Part shown: positions 1-9,517 of the stretch, piece by piece
Numbering within the stretch: the first letter of the stretch is position 1
Layout: each line of letters begins with the position of its first letter
Origin: an uncultured virus (IMG/VR IMGVR_UViG_3300034073_005193)
Lineage: Duplodnaviria; Heunggongvirae; Uroviricota; Caudoviricetes
Direction: 5' to 3' (one strand)
Virus record (IMG/VR): IMGVR_UViG_3300034073_005193
Location: 62,001 to 120,839 of that record
Length of the DNA: 58,839 bases
The notes under the pieces: generated by a model
What the model was told of the DNA's origin: nothing
The model's database searches: none
The model's input: the letters and a program-made list of their open reading frames with translations, nothing else
Position numbers and translations under genes: made by a program

Positions 1-290
1 TAGGGGCTGGCGTTACAGTCACGCCAGAATTAAGAGCAGAAGTAGTTCCGTCATTGAATGTTTCAATGTTTTCTTATGGACCTAATAAAAAAGAATCTAC
101 ATTTAGTATGTTGGGTGTGGGAATTTCTGCTCATACTCAAAATTTAGCACCCGCTATATCGATTTCTCCAGTCAATTATAATGTCGGAGAAGTTTTGCCG
201 TTGATAGATAATTTATTCATTGGACCGACAGTCGCTATAGATACAAATGCAAATGTTTCAATCTCTGGTTCCGTCCAAGTCGGTCTTTAA
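1..290 (+). CDS. hypothetical beta-strand-rich protein, 5' partial
   Basis: Frame is open from base 3 (GAGVTVTPELRAEVVPSLNV...) to TAA at 288-290; alternating hydrophobic pattern ending GSVQVGL. Confidence 0.7.
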   Translation, partial: GAGVTVTPELRAEVVPSLNVSMFSYGPNKKESTFSMLGVGISAHTQNLAPAISISPVNYNVGEVLPLIDNLFIGPTVAIDTNANVSISGSVQVGL

Positions 291-342
291 TTTCAATCAA
301 TGAAATTGCATATTAATGTAAGCTTTCCTCTAAGGAGTTACT

Positions 343-471
343 ATGAATCAATCAGATCAATTTCAACATCTCTACTTAGAAGAATATTGCGTAAATTATA
401 GAAAAGAGAAAGAAGAACTTAATGAAGAGAAAAGAGTCGAAGTCATCCAGGTCTTCGGTCAAGAAGAATAA
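343..471 (+). CDS. small hypothetical protein (42 aa, MNQSDQFQHL...QVFGQEE)
   Basis: TAAGGAG at 331-337 before ATG 343; TAA 469-471; below the ORF-track length cutoff. Confidence 0.6.
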   Translation: MNQSDQFQHLYLEEYCVNYRKEKEELNEEKRVEVIQVFGQEE

Positions 472-505
472 ATCCAATGCTTCGCCCAATAGATTTCTGT
501 TAAAG

Positions 506-558
506 AAAGGCAAGGATTTATTTATTATTAATAAATTCATGTTAGATTCCTTGCCTTT
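506..558 (+). terminator. stem-loop, possible terminator
   Basis: AAAGGCAAGGA (506-516) is the reverse complement of TCCTTGCCTTT (548-558); 31-nt AT-rich loop. Confidence 0.4.
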
Positions 559-574
559 TCAAGAAGTTTTAATT

Positions 575-772
575 ATGGCAGAACATACATATGAAGAAGT
601 AAAAAAACAATTATACTTAGATGCAATCTCTGGAGATCATTTCATTCAAGAAATGAAAGTTGTCGAGGCTTTACATCAAGGGCTGATGGAGCTATACTCT
701 AGGCACCCGATCTTGGAAAATTACGTACAAGATCAAAGCAAATTCAAATCAATTAAAGAAAATTTAGCATAG
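575..772 (+). CDS. hypothetical protein
   Basis: 3' part of ORF 422..772; ATG 575 preferred because the upstream part overlaps the 343 ORF and the hairpin. Confidence 0.55.
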   Translation: MAEHTYEEVKKQLYLDAISGDHFIQEMKVVEALHQGLMELYSRHPILENYVQDQSKFKSIKENLA

Positions 773-790
773 GAGTTAATTTTAAATTAT

Positions 791-1333
791 ATGAAAAATA
801 CTTTGGAGCGGGATCGTGAGCGTTGGTTCGTTAATTCGGCTATTCGAGTGCCAAAAGTCATTTGTATCAATTCAGATGACAAGAACTTAGGCGCTCTCAT
901 CACTAGGGATGCTTTGAAGCTTGCTCAAGAGCAAGGCTTGGATTTAGTTCAACTGAGCCCGCCATCAAAAGATAAGCCGCCCACTTGTAAAATTATGGAC
1001 TTTAGCAAGTTTAAATATGAAACTTCTAAAAAGAAAAAAGAAGCTGATAAAAAGCAGCGAGAATCCATTGTCAAAGTTAAAGAAATTAAATTCAAACCAA
1101 CTACAGGCGCTCACGATTTAGAGATTAAAGCTAAGCAGGCAGAAAAATTTCTTCAAGAAAACATCAAGGTTAAGATTGCTATTCTATTTGTTGGTCGAGC
1201 AATCACTCATCAAGAACTTGGCACTCAAACTCTTGAGCAATTTTTAAGCTTTCTTCCAGAAAATTCATTTAAAATTGATGGAAATATTTCTTGGGAAGGA
1301 AAAGAACTTACATTGATAATTATGAAGCCATGA
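791..1333 (+). CDS. infC: translation initiation factor IF-3
   Basis: N-domain (VNSAIR, GLDLV, PPTCKIMDFSKFKYE), basic linker, C-domain (KVKEIKFKP, HDLEIK). Confidence 0.95.
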   Translation: MKNTLERDRERWFVNSAIRVPKVICINSDDKNLGALITRDALKLAQEQGLDLVQLSPPSKDKPPTCKIMDFSKFKYETSKKKKEADKKQRESIVKVKEIKFKPTTGAHDLEIKAKQAEKFLQENIKVKIAILFVGRAITHQELGTQTLEQFLSFLPENSFKIDGNISWEGKELTLIIMKP

Positions 1334-1779
1334 TTCTTACAGATGAAGAAACGGTAAGATCTTTAGGTCTTGCGGCTGAAGAAGTTTATAAGAATGAAAT
1401 TGAAGATCTAAAAAGTATCTTAGAAAAAGAACTTCTTCTCTCTGAGAAGAGTGGAGTACCAGGAATAGGATTAGCATGCCCTCAAATTGGAATTCCTAAA
1501 AAAATGGCTATAATTAGAATGCCTGGAAAGACTTTTTTTTATGCAGATTTAGTCAATCCAGTTATTGAAGAGAAATATGATTTAAGTATATTTGATGGGG
1601 AGGGGTGCTTATCTTTTCCTGGTCTTTCTGGAAGAACTCAAAGATACCAAGAAATAAAAGTAAAAAATTTACTAGGATTTCCTAAAAAATTTATTGCAAC
1701 TGGATTGCCAGCAGTATGCATTCAACATGAAATAGATCATTTGCACGGAATAGTACTGCCCGATTTAATTAAAGGATAA
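1330..1779 (+). CDS. def: peptide deformylase, short C-terminus
   Basis: Motifs GIGLACPQIG, EGCLS, QHEIDH; ATG 1330 overlaps the infC stop (ATGA). Confidence 0.95.
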   Translation: MILTDEETVRSLGLAAEEVYKNEIEDLKSILEKELLLSEKSGVPGIGLACPQIGIPKKMAIIRMPGKTFFYADLVNPVIEEKYDLSIFDGEGCLSFPGLSGRTQRYQEIKVKNLLGFPKKFIATGLPAVCIQHEIDHLHGIVLPDLIKG

Positions 1780-1780
1780 T

Positions 1781-1957
1781 ATGCAGAATAATAATGATAA
1801 TTTACTTTTATTTAAAAATTTATTAATTGAAATGGCTGTGCGAGTAGCTACTTTAGAAAAAGTCTTATTAGATAAGGACCTCATCTCATTAGATGACTTA
1901 TCATCTGCAGACGAAAAACTAAATAAAGAAATAACCAACATTATTAATGAAAAATAA
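1781..1957 (+). CDS. small hypothetical protein (58 aa, MQNNNDNLLL...)
   Basis: AAAGGA before ATG 1781; TAA 1955-1957; fills the gap between def and the next gene. Confidence 0.6.
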   Translation: MQNNNDNLLLFKNLLIEMAVRVATLEKVLLDKDLISLDDLSSADEKLNKEITNIINEK

Positions 1958-2213
1958 TATTACTTTAATATGTGAAAATTTAAAAAATAAAAAAATAAAA
2001 AATAAATTTTTTTCTTTAAAAAAAGAATTTTCTGAGATTGATTTTAAGATAATATCATATCATGAAGATGATTCTTTTGATCAAGATATTAAATTTCTTC
2101 CTTCCTGGGTTATAAGTATTAATAATACCACAGATATAGTGGAGGGTGATGTTTTAATATCTCCGCTAAGATCTTTAATAAAGAAAAAATTAAGAAAGGA
2201 AAGTTATGACTAA
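1947..2213 (+). CDS. hypothetical protein, possibly a degenerate thioredoxin-like fold
   Basis: DIKFLPSWVI...VEG resembles the thioredoxin cis-Pro region; no CxxC. Confidence 0.5.
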   Translation: MKNNITLICENLKNKKIKNKFFSLKKEFSEIDFKIISYHEDDSFDQDIKFLPSWVISINNTTDIVEGDVLISPLRSLIKKKLRKESYD

Positions 2214-2547
2214 GAAAAATGATACAACTACTGTTCAGGCAACGACTTCCGAGTCAACCAAATCAGCGGCTTCGGAGGCTGATTTGCTTTGGGAGCAGAT
2301 TAAAAAGACCCCAATTTCTTTATTTGGTATGGCTCCAAATTCATTGGAGTCATTAGTAACTCGTGTTAATATCGCCCCTGACAAATTGCATTTAAGCGTT
2401 AAAGGTCCAGGTGCATCTGTATCTTTCATTGAAGACGCACTTAATGTGCGCAGAGACAGTATGGGGTCAGAAGTTAGAGTTAATGGATTTGAAGTTGAAT
2501 CCACCAATAACGGAATGCTAGTAATTAGCAAAGCATCATTTAAATGA
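2206..2547 (+). CDS. hypothetical protein
   Basis: AAGGA RBS; overlaps the previous gene. Confidence 0.75.
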   Translation: MTKKNDTTTVQATTSESTKSAASEADLLWEQIKKTPISLFGMAPNSLESLVTRVNIAPDKLHLSVKGPGASVSFIEDALNVRRDSMGSEVRVNGFEVESTNNGMLVISKASFK

Positions 2548-2559
2548 TTTGAGCAGCCC

Positions 2560-2961
2560 ATGATTTTGAATGTAAAAATTCATATTATTATGGGCTGTTA
2601 CGGATTAAAAGATGACGACTTTGTGTGTTGTCCTGGCATAGATAATAAGATTTATTCTTTTGATAAGAAGTCTTATTTTTATAAAGAAATTATGGATTAT
2701 TTAGATAATTGTAAATTATTTGAAAAGCCAATTTATGATTACAATGCTACAAGAAATTTTCTATCAAGGTTTAAGCAAAAGTTTGAAAATCCGATCTCTC
2801 CTATTTGGGTAGAGAGAAAATATAATATTTACCAAAAGTTTGCAATTGATCATAAAAATTGTGGGCTTTTTTTAAAGCTTTCAACTGAAAAAATAGAAAC
2901 ATCCGATTCGAAATTAGAATCAGAAAACCGATCAAATATTTTAAAATTAATCCAAAAATAG
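2560..2961 (+). CDS. hypothetical protein
   Basis: 133-aa ORF in operon-like packing. Confidence 0.7.
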   Translation: MILNVKIHIIMGCYGLKDDDFVCCPGIDNKIYSFDKKSYFYKEIMDYLDNCKLFEKPIYDYNATRNFLSRFKQKFENPISPIWVERKYNIYQKFAIDHKNCGLFLKLSTEKIETSDSKLESENRSNILKLIQK

Positions 2962-2970
2962 GAGGTTCTT

Positions 2971-3366
2971 GTGGCAAGAAAAAAACATCACGAAACAAAA
3001 TTAAATGATGGCATTGAATACCTTGATGATTCAAATGAGATGGAATCAAGCTCATCTCAGGTTGATGAATTCGATGAATTCGATGAATTCGATTATCTAA
3101 TAGTTAGAGAATCTTTCTGTATGGCTTGTGATACTCCTTTAAAATCTTATCACTCTTTGATTTGTCATGACTGCTTAAGTGATGGGGCAGAATTATTTCA
3201 TAATTTAATTAATAAAAATATTAAAAATAGTATTTTTATCGACCCAAATTTTGTAATGGATATCTCAGAAGATATAATTGAAGAGGAAATACATGAGGAT
3301 GAAGATGAGGATGAGGATGAAGATGAGGATGAGGATGAAATTGAACCGGAGGATGAAAAAAAATGA
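2971..3366 (+). CDS. zinc-finger protein with acidic tail
   Basis: AGGAGG RBS and GTG start; CMAC...CHDC; (ED)n tail. Confidence 0.7.
   Translation: MARKKHHETKLNDGIEYLDDSNEMESSSSQVDEFDEFDEFDYLIVRESFCMACDTPLKSYHSLICHDCLSDGAELFHNLINKNIKNSIFIDPNFVMDISEDIIEEEIHEDEDEDEDEDEDEDEIEPEDEKK
3295..3339 (+). repeat. coding (GARGAT)n hexamer tandem repeat
   Basis: gaggat/gaagat repeats encode EDEDED. Confidence 0.85.
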
Positions 3367-3626
3367 CCAACAGCGCAAATAGAGACATTCTATCTTTAAT
3401 AGATAAAATTTCTTTTTCTACCGAAGACAAGCTTAATCTTTATCATAATATTAAAGATATTTTATCGATTGAGGCATCTGTAGATCAAAAATCTTTAATA
3501 TTAGTTGAAAAAATTCAAGATTTTTTTCATTCTAAGATTGAAGAGCTTAAAGAGATAGAGGAATTAAAATTGGAAGGTCAATTTAATTCAAATTCTACAA
3601 AACCATCTTTTAAAAGGATTGTATGA
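3363..3626 (+). CDS. hypothetical protein
   Basis: ATGA overlaps at both ends. Confidence 0.7.
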   Translation: MTNSANRDILSLIDKISFSTEDKLNLYHNIKDILSIEASVDQKSLILVEKIQDFFHSKIEELKEIEELKLEGQFNSNSTKPSFKRIV

Positions 3627-4063
3627 GAACAGCATTTGAAGATCCAGATTCTGAAAAAAACGAACCCGAAACAAAAAGCGGTCTAAAAATTAATAATTCA
3701 AAATCAAAATTTCAAGTAAAAAACGATCAGAAAAAAGATTTTGATCAAAAAGTTAAAGAGCTAGTCTCTGAAAAATCAGAGAGAAATAAAAAAGCTTTAG
3801 AACTAGGTCAGAAATTCTTATCAGCTTTAAATGATAAGACATTATCATCCAATAAATCTTTAATTCAAAAAGATCTTGAAAAGCAAATATGCAATGACTT
3901 ATTTTTGCTTGCGACCGCCGTTAACAATGATCCTACAGAATCAGAAGGCGGCGGCTCTCTTGTATTAGATACTTTATTTTTTAAATCTCTTTTAATGATG
4001 AGAGATAGGCTAAATGAATTGGAATATTCATTTAAAAGTTTAAACGAAAAATTAAAAGAGTAA
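3623..4063 (+). CDS. hypothetical protein
   Basis: AAGGA RBS, ATGA overlap. Confidence 0.75.
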   Translation: MRTAFEDPDSEKNEPETKSGLKINNSKSKFQVKNDQKKDFDQKVKELVSEKSERNKKALELGQKFLSALNDKTLSSNKSLIQKDLEKQICNDLFLLATAVNNDPTESEGGGSLVLDTLFFKSLLMMRDRLNELEYSFKSLNEKLKE

Positions 4064-4066
4064 AGT

Positions 4067-4237
4067 ATGAATCTTACTAAATCTGATATTATAAATAAAA
4101 TATCAGAAGAAAAATTACAATATTCAGATTATCTTAGATTATGCAAGAATTATCAGATAGATCCAGATCCGAAAGCCATAGCATATCATCAGGGTATGAT
4201 TCAGGCTTTGAATCAGATTTTGATGTCTCTGGAATAG
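4067..4237 (+). CDS. small hypothetical protein (56 aa, MNLTKSDII...LMSLE)
   Basis: ATG lies 3 nt after the previous stop; TAG 4235-4237; overlaps the 5' end of 4141..4830 in another frame. Confidence 0.55.
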   Translation: MNLTKSDIINKISEEKLQYSDYLRLCKNYQIDPDPKAIAYHQGMIQALNQILMSLE

Positions 4238-4830
4238 ATGATTTTTCTTATTTAAGACTATACTTAGAGTCTTCGAAAGAAGATTATAAAATAATTAATT
4301 ATGTAAATTCGAAATCAGATTTAGTTAAGACTGCTAAGCAAAATGGAGTTTTGCTGCAACCCACTAATAAAAATGACTGGGCATATAAAGCTAATTGTCC
4401 ATTTCCAGATCATCGTGACTCCAGCCCATCTTTTAACATTAATATTCAAACAAATACTTTCCATTGTTTTGGGTGCTCTAGAAAAGGCGGCACTTGCCAG
4501 TTTCTAGCTTGTCTGCATAAAAAACAAACAATTGAAATTGCAAAAGATTTACTTGCCAATAAGCAAGTTAAAATTGATGAGCTTGTCAAAGAAGCGCAGC
4601 AGTCGTATAATGATATTATCTCTCCTTACCTAGAGAGTTTTTCAGAGATTCATTTTAATTTTTTAAAAGATAATTCTTTCTCAGAAGAGGCTTTTGAATA
4701 CGCTTCTAATGTTGCCCCTGTATTTGAACTATATGTAAAAAACATATTGAAAAATAGCAACCTAGATATAGACTCTTTGAATCTAAGATTGGATTTCTGT
4801 AAGAGAAAATTTGAAGAATTTAATTTTTAA
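4141..4830 (+). CDS. CHC2 zinc-finger protein (DnaG primase zinc-binding domain)
   Basis: CPFPDH.DSSPSF.I......FHCFGC...G motif; no TOPRIM domain. Confidence 0.85.
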   Translation: MQELSDRSRSESHSISSGYDSGFESDFDVSGIDDFSYLRLYLESSKEDYKIINYVNSKSDLVKTAKQNGVLLQPTNKNDWAYKANCPFPDHRDSSPSFNINIQTNTFHCFGCSRKGGTCQFLACLHKKQTIEIAKDLLANKQVKIDELVKEAQQSYNDIISPYLESFSEIHFNFLKDNSFSEEAFEYASNVAPVFELYVKNILKNSNLDIDSLNLRLDFCKRKFEEFNF

Positions 4831-4857
4831 ATTAATTATTTGCTACTGGAGGATCAT

Positions 4858-6030
4858 TTGAAAGTTTTAATTGTGGGAGATGTTCATTTAGATAAGGGAA
4901 CTTCTATTGGTAAGAATTATGGTCCAGGAAAATTAAATTCCAGAAATGAGGACAAGTTTAGATTGTTAAAATGGGTACAATCTAAAGCAATTGAATATAA
5001 TGTAAAAAATGTAATTTTTACCGGAGATATTTTTGAGTCCTATAATGTAGACAATGTTCTGGTTCAGCTTTTCTTTTCATATTTAAAATCGTATGAACAG
5101 TACGATATAAACGTTCATATTATTTTAGGTAATCATGATATAAAAAGAATTGGAAGCGAATATCACAGCGTATTAAACCTAATTAATATTGTAGAGCTTC
5201 CCAAATGCAAAGTTTACTCTGAAATTTTCACTCAAGAAGTTGAAGATGGATTTATTACATTCATTCCTTTTAGAGATAGAAAATCTTTAAACGCCGAGAC
5301 TAATGCTGCTGCGTTAGATAAATTATCTGAATTACTACCTTCTAAGACTAGTTTTCCACATATTTGCGTGGGACACTTGACTTTAGAAGGTTCTTTATAT
5401 GTTGGTGATGAAATTGATGATTTGCACAATGAGCTACATTGCAGTTCTGAAATGTTTTCTTCTAGGTTCAATGCGACTTTCATGGGACACATTCACAAGC
5501 CACAAATTAGAAATGAGAGCCCGCTAGTTTGTCATGTTGGGTCTTTGGATATTTCAGACTTTGGAGAAATGAATCATGATAAAATTGTTTATATTTATGA
5601 TTCTTCTAGGGAGAATCCAATTAAGTTAGACGTTCCAACTAGAAATCTAAGAAAATTAGAAGTCATTATTCCAGAAGAGGTAGACCCGACTCAATATTTG
5701 ATTGATGTTCTCAGTAATGAAGAAGATAAAAAATCATTTTATGATTCTATTCTTAATTTAGAATTAAAATTTCAAGATCCAAAACAAAAAATAGATGTAA
5801 AAAAAATAAATCAAACCTTAGAAAAATATTCAGTTCATAATTTAACTGGAATTATTGAATCTAGAGCTAAAAGCGTTGTATCAACTGATAAAAGAAATAG
5901 CTTAACTTCATCGGTTTCTCCAAAAGATGCTTTTAAAGATTGGTTAGATTCGAGAGAGCTGACAGATGATAGAAAGTCAAAAATCATTCAACTTGCTAAT
6001 GATATTATTGATGAGGCTATGAGCAAATGA
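4858..6030 (+). CDS. sbcD: SbcD/Mre11-like metallophosphoesterase nuclease
   Basis: GDVH, TGDIF, GNHD, GH, GHIH motifs; GGAGG before TTG 4858; adjacent to the SbcC-like gene. Confidence 0.9.
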   Translation: MKVLIVGDVHLDKGTSIGKNYGPGKLNSRNEDKFRLLKWVQSKAIEYNVKNVIFTGDIFESYNVDNVLVQLFFSYLKSYEQYDINVHIILGNHDIKRIGSEYHSVLNLINIVELPKCKVYSEIFTQEVEDGFITFIPFRDRKSLNAETNAAALDKLSELLPSKTSFPHICVGHLTLEGSLYVGDEIDDLHNELHCSSEMFSSRFNATFMGHIHKPQIRNESPLVCHVGSLDISDFGEMNHDKIVYIYDSSRENPIKLDVPTRNLRKLEVIIPEEVDPTQYLIDVLSNEEDKKSFYDSILNLELKFQDPKQKIDVKKINQTLEKYSVHNLTGIIESRAKSVVSTDKRNSLTSSVSPKDAFKDWLDSRELTDDRKSKIIQLANDIIDEAMSK

Positions 6031-8195
6031 ATCCACTGAAATTATCAGTTAAAAATTTTATGACTTATAGAGAGGCAGATATTGATTTTTCAAAATTTGA
6101 TTCCGCCTTAGTCTTAGGTCAGCACAATGGAGATTTGTCCTTATCCAACGCTGCTGGCAAATCTACCATTTTCAGAGCCATAAAATATGCTTTATTTGGA
6201 ACTTATGACGTATCTACAATAGATAGAATTGTTAGACGAGGAGAGAAAAAATGTATTGTTGAATTTGAATTTGAAATAGATTCAATTCAATATAAAATAT
6301 TTAGAGCTAGAACAAAAGGGTCCTCTACATTAGAGTTTTATCAGAAAATCAATGATCAATGGGTATCTAAAAGCAGCAATACTAACTCTAATATTGAATC
6401 CGAAATATCCAAATTATTGTCATTAAATGACAATGCCTTTCATAACATTTATCTTTTTTCGCAAAAAGATCATTTGCACGGCTTCTTGTCTGCCAAGAAT
6501 CCAAAAGAAAGAATTGAAATTATTAAGAATGCTTTATTGTTATCTATTTATTCAAGATTAGAGCAGGCTGCCAAAGAAAAAATCTCAGAAATAAACAAAG
6601 AGATAACTATCTTAAATGCCAAGATTGAATCTTTAGAAAATCCAATCGAACACAAAGAAGAAGTCATAAAAAAACTACAAATTACTCAATCTATTTTAGA
6701 TTCTAAAATATCTGATAAGCACAACATTTTAGAAAAATTAAATTCTTTAAATCAAGAATTAAATATTTTAGAATCTTCTTTAGATAAATCTGTAGAAGAT
6801 ATGCTTAAGCAGGTAAAGCAATTTCAGTCAGAGTCTGAAACAGTTAAAACTAAACTTTCTTCTTCAGAAGATAAGAAGAGCAGAAAATTTAATGAAAAAC
6901 AAAAATCTTTAAAAGACTCTCAAGAACTGATTAATTTAATAAATAAATATAATTTAGAGTTAAAATCTTATTTAGATTTATCTTCTTTTGATAAGAATGA
7001 ATTAAAAGAAGAGCTTCAATCTTTATTTAAAGAGGAGTCCGATTTAAAAGCTAAAGTTATATCTAATAATACAAGGCTAAATCAATTAAAGAACCCGCTC
7101 CCAGAAGACGAAGTTTGTTCCGAATGTTTTCAAACAATCACAGAAGAATATAAAAATTGTCATTTAGAAAAAGTCTCTAAAGAATTACAAATATTAAATG
7201 AAGAAAATAAGCAGTATAATCTAAAATTAGAAAAGATTCAAAATAAAAAAAATGATGCAAATAATAAAATTGCAAAAACAGATGAAAGATCTAAGCTAAT
7301 TAATGAGACTGAACAAAAAATAAAAAATTTAAAAGAAAAAGAATCTTCTTGCGCTCAAAACCGAGAATCGATTGAAGAATTTATTTCTTTAATAGACAAA
7401 GAAATTCAATCATTTAATGAAACATTAAATTCTTTGCAAGAAAAAATTTCATTATTAAATGATAAAATTTCTAAAAATATAAATAAAGATGTTTCTGAAA
7501 AAATTAAAAACATTAAAGAAAAAATTAACATTGCTAATGAGCAAATAACTGCACTAAATGGATCTATTTTGACTGGAACTAATAATCTTGCCATTTTAAA
7601 AGATAAAATAGAACTTGCAGATAAAAATATTTTAAAATTCAACGCTTTTATTTCTTCTAAAAAATCTTTAGAAGATTCTTTGAATGACTATCAAGTTATT
7701 GCACAGGGATTTTCTCCTACTGGAACACCTAACAGAATTATTTATAACATTTTAGATTTGTTTCAGAGCAATACAAACATCTGGCTAAGTAAAATTAAAC
7801 CAGGACTAGAAATACAATTCATTATAACAAAAGATAAAAAGGGCAAAGAAGAAGATACTTTTGATATAAAGTTTTTTGAAAACTCTTTAGAGTTAGATGC
7901 TTCTGAGTTATCAGGGGGTCAAGAATTTGTTATTCGATGGGCGCTAAAAATGGGTCTTAAAGATACCGTAGAGAATGGTGTTCCAAAATTTAAGCTTCTT
8001 TGCTTTGATGAAATTGATGAAAGATTAGATGAAGCATCTTCCTCTGCTTTCATTTCAATAATCAAAGAACTAGAAAAAGACTATAAGGTTTTAGTTATTA
8101 CTCATAAAGACAAATTAAAAGAAAAATTTAATAATGCTATTATCGTAAATAACGAAGGTCAATTAGGCTCTATAGCGAAGGTAATATCTGTATGA
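6027..8195 (+). CDS. sbcC: SbcC/Rad50-like SMC ATPase
   Basis: Walker A NAAGKST, coiled coil with CSEC zinc hook, LSGGQ signature, Walker B CFDE, ITH. Confidence 0.92.
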   Translation: MNPLKLSVKNFMTYREADIDFSKFDSALVLGQHNGDLSLSNAAGKSTIFRAIKYALFGTYDVSTIDRIVRRGEKKCIVEFEFEIDSIQYKIFRARTKGSSTLEFYQKINDQWVSKSSNTNSNIESEISKLLSLNDNAFHNIYLFSQKDHLHGFLSAKNPKERIEIIKNALLLSIYSRLEQAAKEKISEINKEITILNAKIESLENPIEHKEEVIKKLQITQSILDSKISDKHNILEKLNSLNQELNILESSLDKSVEDMLKQVKQFQSESETVKTKLSSSEDKKSRKFNEKQKSLKDSQELINLINKYNLELKSYLDLSSFDKNELKEELQSLFKEESDLKAKVISNNTRLNQLKNPLPEDEVCSECFQTITEEYKNCHLEKVSKELQILNEENKQYNLKLEKIQNKKNDANNKIAKTDERSKLINETEQKIKNLKEKESSCAQNRESIEEFISLIDKEIQSFNETLNSLQEKISLLNDKISKNINKDVSEKIKNIKEKINIANEQITALNGSILTGTNNLAILKDKIELADKNILKFNAFISSKKSLEDSLNDYQVIAQGFSPTGTPNRIIYNILDLFQSNTNIWLSKIKPGLEIQFIITKDKKGKEEDTFDIKFFENSLELDASELSGGQEFVIRWALKMGLKDTVENGVPKFKLLCFDEIDERLDEASSSAFISIIKELEKDYKVLVITHKDKLKEKFNNAIIVNNEGQLGSIAKVISV

Positions 8196-9106
8196 AAATT
8201 ATAGCTTTAGCTGGCAGGAAAGGAAGCGGAAAGTCTACACTGTCTAATTATTTAGTTGCAAATGAAAATTTTACAAAATTTTCATTTGCAGATTATTTAA
8301 GAGAATTAATTATAGATGTTTTTTTAATAGATAAAAAATATTTTGAGCAATCTTTCAAAGAAACAGAACTTTTAAATATTTGTACCAATCAGGATTTTTA
8401 TAAAAAAATATCAGATTATATTAAGGAAGATGTTACTTATCTTCAAGGAGAGGAAATTATAATTAAAACTCCAAGACAGTTGCTACAATTTATTGGAACA
8501 GACGTATTGCGTCTGCATGATATTAATTTTCACGTTAAAAAAACCTTATTAAAAATACAAAACAGTACCAAAACTAATTTGGTTTGTGATGATCTTAGAT
8601 TTTATAATGAGCTATTAGGTCTTAGAACTTTAAATGTAGAAGAGTATTTTGTAATTAGACCAAATAATTGGAACATTTCCAACCATTCTTCAGAAAAATC
8701 TCTTAAATGGCACAATATAAAGAATATAATTATTAATAATTGTAATATTCATGCTTTGATGAATGCTTTTAAGAATCGCTTAGGTTCAAAAGATGACAGT
8801 TTTAGCCAAATAATTCGAGAAAAATCTAATGAACATTCGGATTATCAATTCGATACGGAGCATTCTACGTCTAAAGATGCTTTTATTGGGGGATTTATTT
8901 GTCAGCATAAATTGTTAAATAATCTTTCCGAGTTGGAATTATTATCTATAAAAAATCACTTGAGTAATCTTTCTAAGGACACTGACTATATTTATAATAA
9001 TTTTAAATTAGAAAATTTAAAACAATGGCTGGATGTTAAATTTCCCCCAGAAGTTAATTTAACATCTTGGGAAGAAGGGATGATTTATTATAAATCAACG
9101 GTTTAA
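8192..9106 (+). CDS. deoxynucleoside monophosphate kinase (T4 gp1-like) with C-terminal extension
   Basis: AGRKGSGKST P-loop, FSFAD, PRQLLQFIGTD, DDLRFYNE, HSSE. Confidence 0.8.
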   Translation: MKIIALAGRKGSGKSTLSNYLVANENFTKFSFADYLRELIIDVFLIDKKYFEQSFKETELLNICTNQDFYKKISDYIKEDVTYLQGEEIIIKTPRQLLQFIGTDVLRLHDINFHVKKTLLKIQNSTKTNLVCDDLRFYNELLGLRTLNVEEYFVIRPNNWNISNHSSEKSLKWHNIKNIIINNCNIHALMNAFKNRLGSKDDSFSQIIREKSNEHSDYQFDTEHSTSKDAFIGGFICQHKLLNNLSELELLSIKNHLSNLSKDTDYIYNNFKLENLKQWLDVKFPPEVNLTSWEEGMIYYKSTV

Positions 9107-9189
9107 ATTTAAATTACTAAAGATTCGATATATTAATATGAAAGAAAAAAGTTTAAAAGACACTATAAAAATAATTATGCAAGACCGTT

Positions 9190-9513
9190 ATGCAATATAT
9201 GGCTACAAAAAGGAATTTGCAAGAGATTTCTAAAACATGCATGGAACTTCTAGCTAAAAGAGGCGAAGAAGGATTGTATAATTATTTAAAAAAAACAGCC
9301 ATAGTTAGAGTAGAAAGTCAGCCCAATTTAGAAAATGAATTTATTCAGACTGCAGAAGACTTTTTTTCATTATACAGATCTACCGGAGACGAGCATTACT
9401 TTATTTTAGGAAAAATTCTTCGAAGAGTGGGTCATGCCGTATATAGATACGAGTTAAAAGTAAACCCACTAAAAAAAATAAATAAAAAGAAATTTCTTAA
9501 TTTATTAAAGTAA
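9190..9513 (+). CDS. hypothetical protein
   Basis: 107-aa ORF; start uncertain. Confidence 0.65.
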   Translation: MQYMATKRNLQEISKTCMELLAKRGEEGLYNYLKKTAIVRVESQPNLENEFIQTAEDFFSLYRSTGDEHYFILGKILRRVGHAVYRYELKVNPLKKINKKKFLNLLK

Positions 9514-9517
9514 TAAA

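Noticed and set aside
422..574. N-terminal 51 aa of ORF 422..772
   Set aside because: Overlaps a better-supported small ORF (343..471) and a hairpin; ATG 575 is the more plausible start.
9138..9233. 31-aa ORF directly after GATATATTAAT, overlapping ORF 9190 (possible frameshift)
   Set aside because: Too short, no SD and no clear slippery site; cannot be told from chance or sequencing error.
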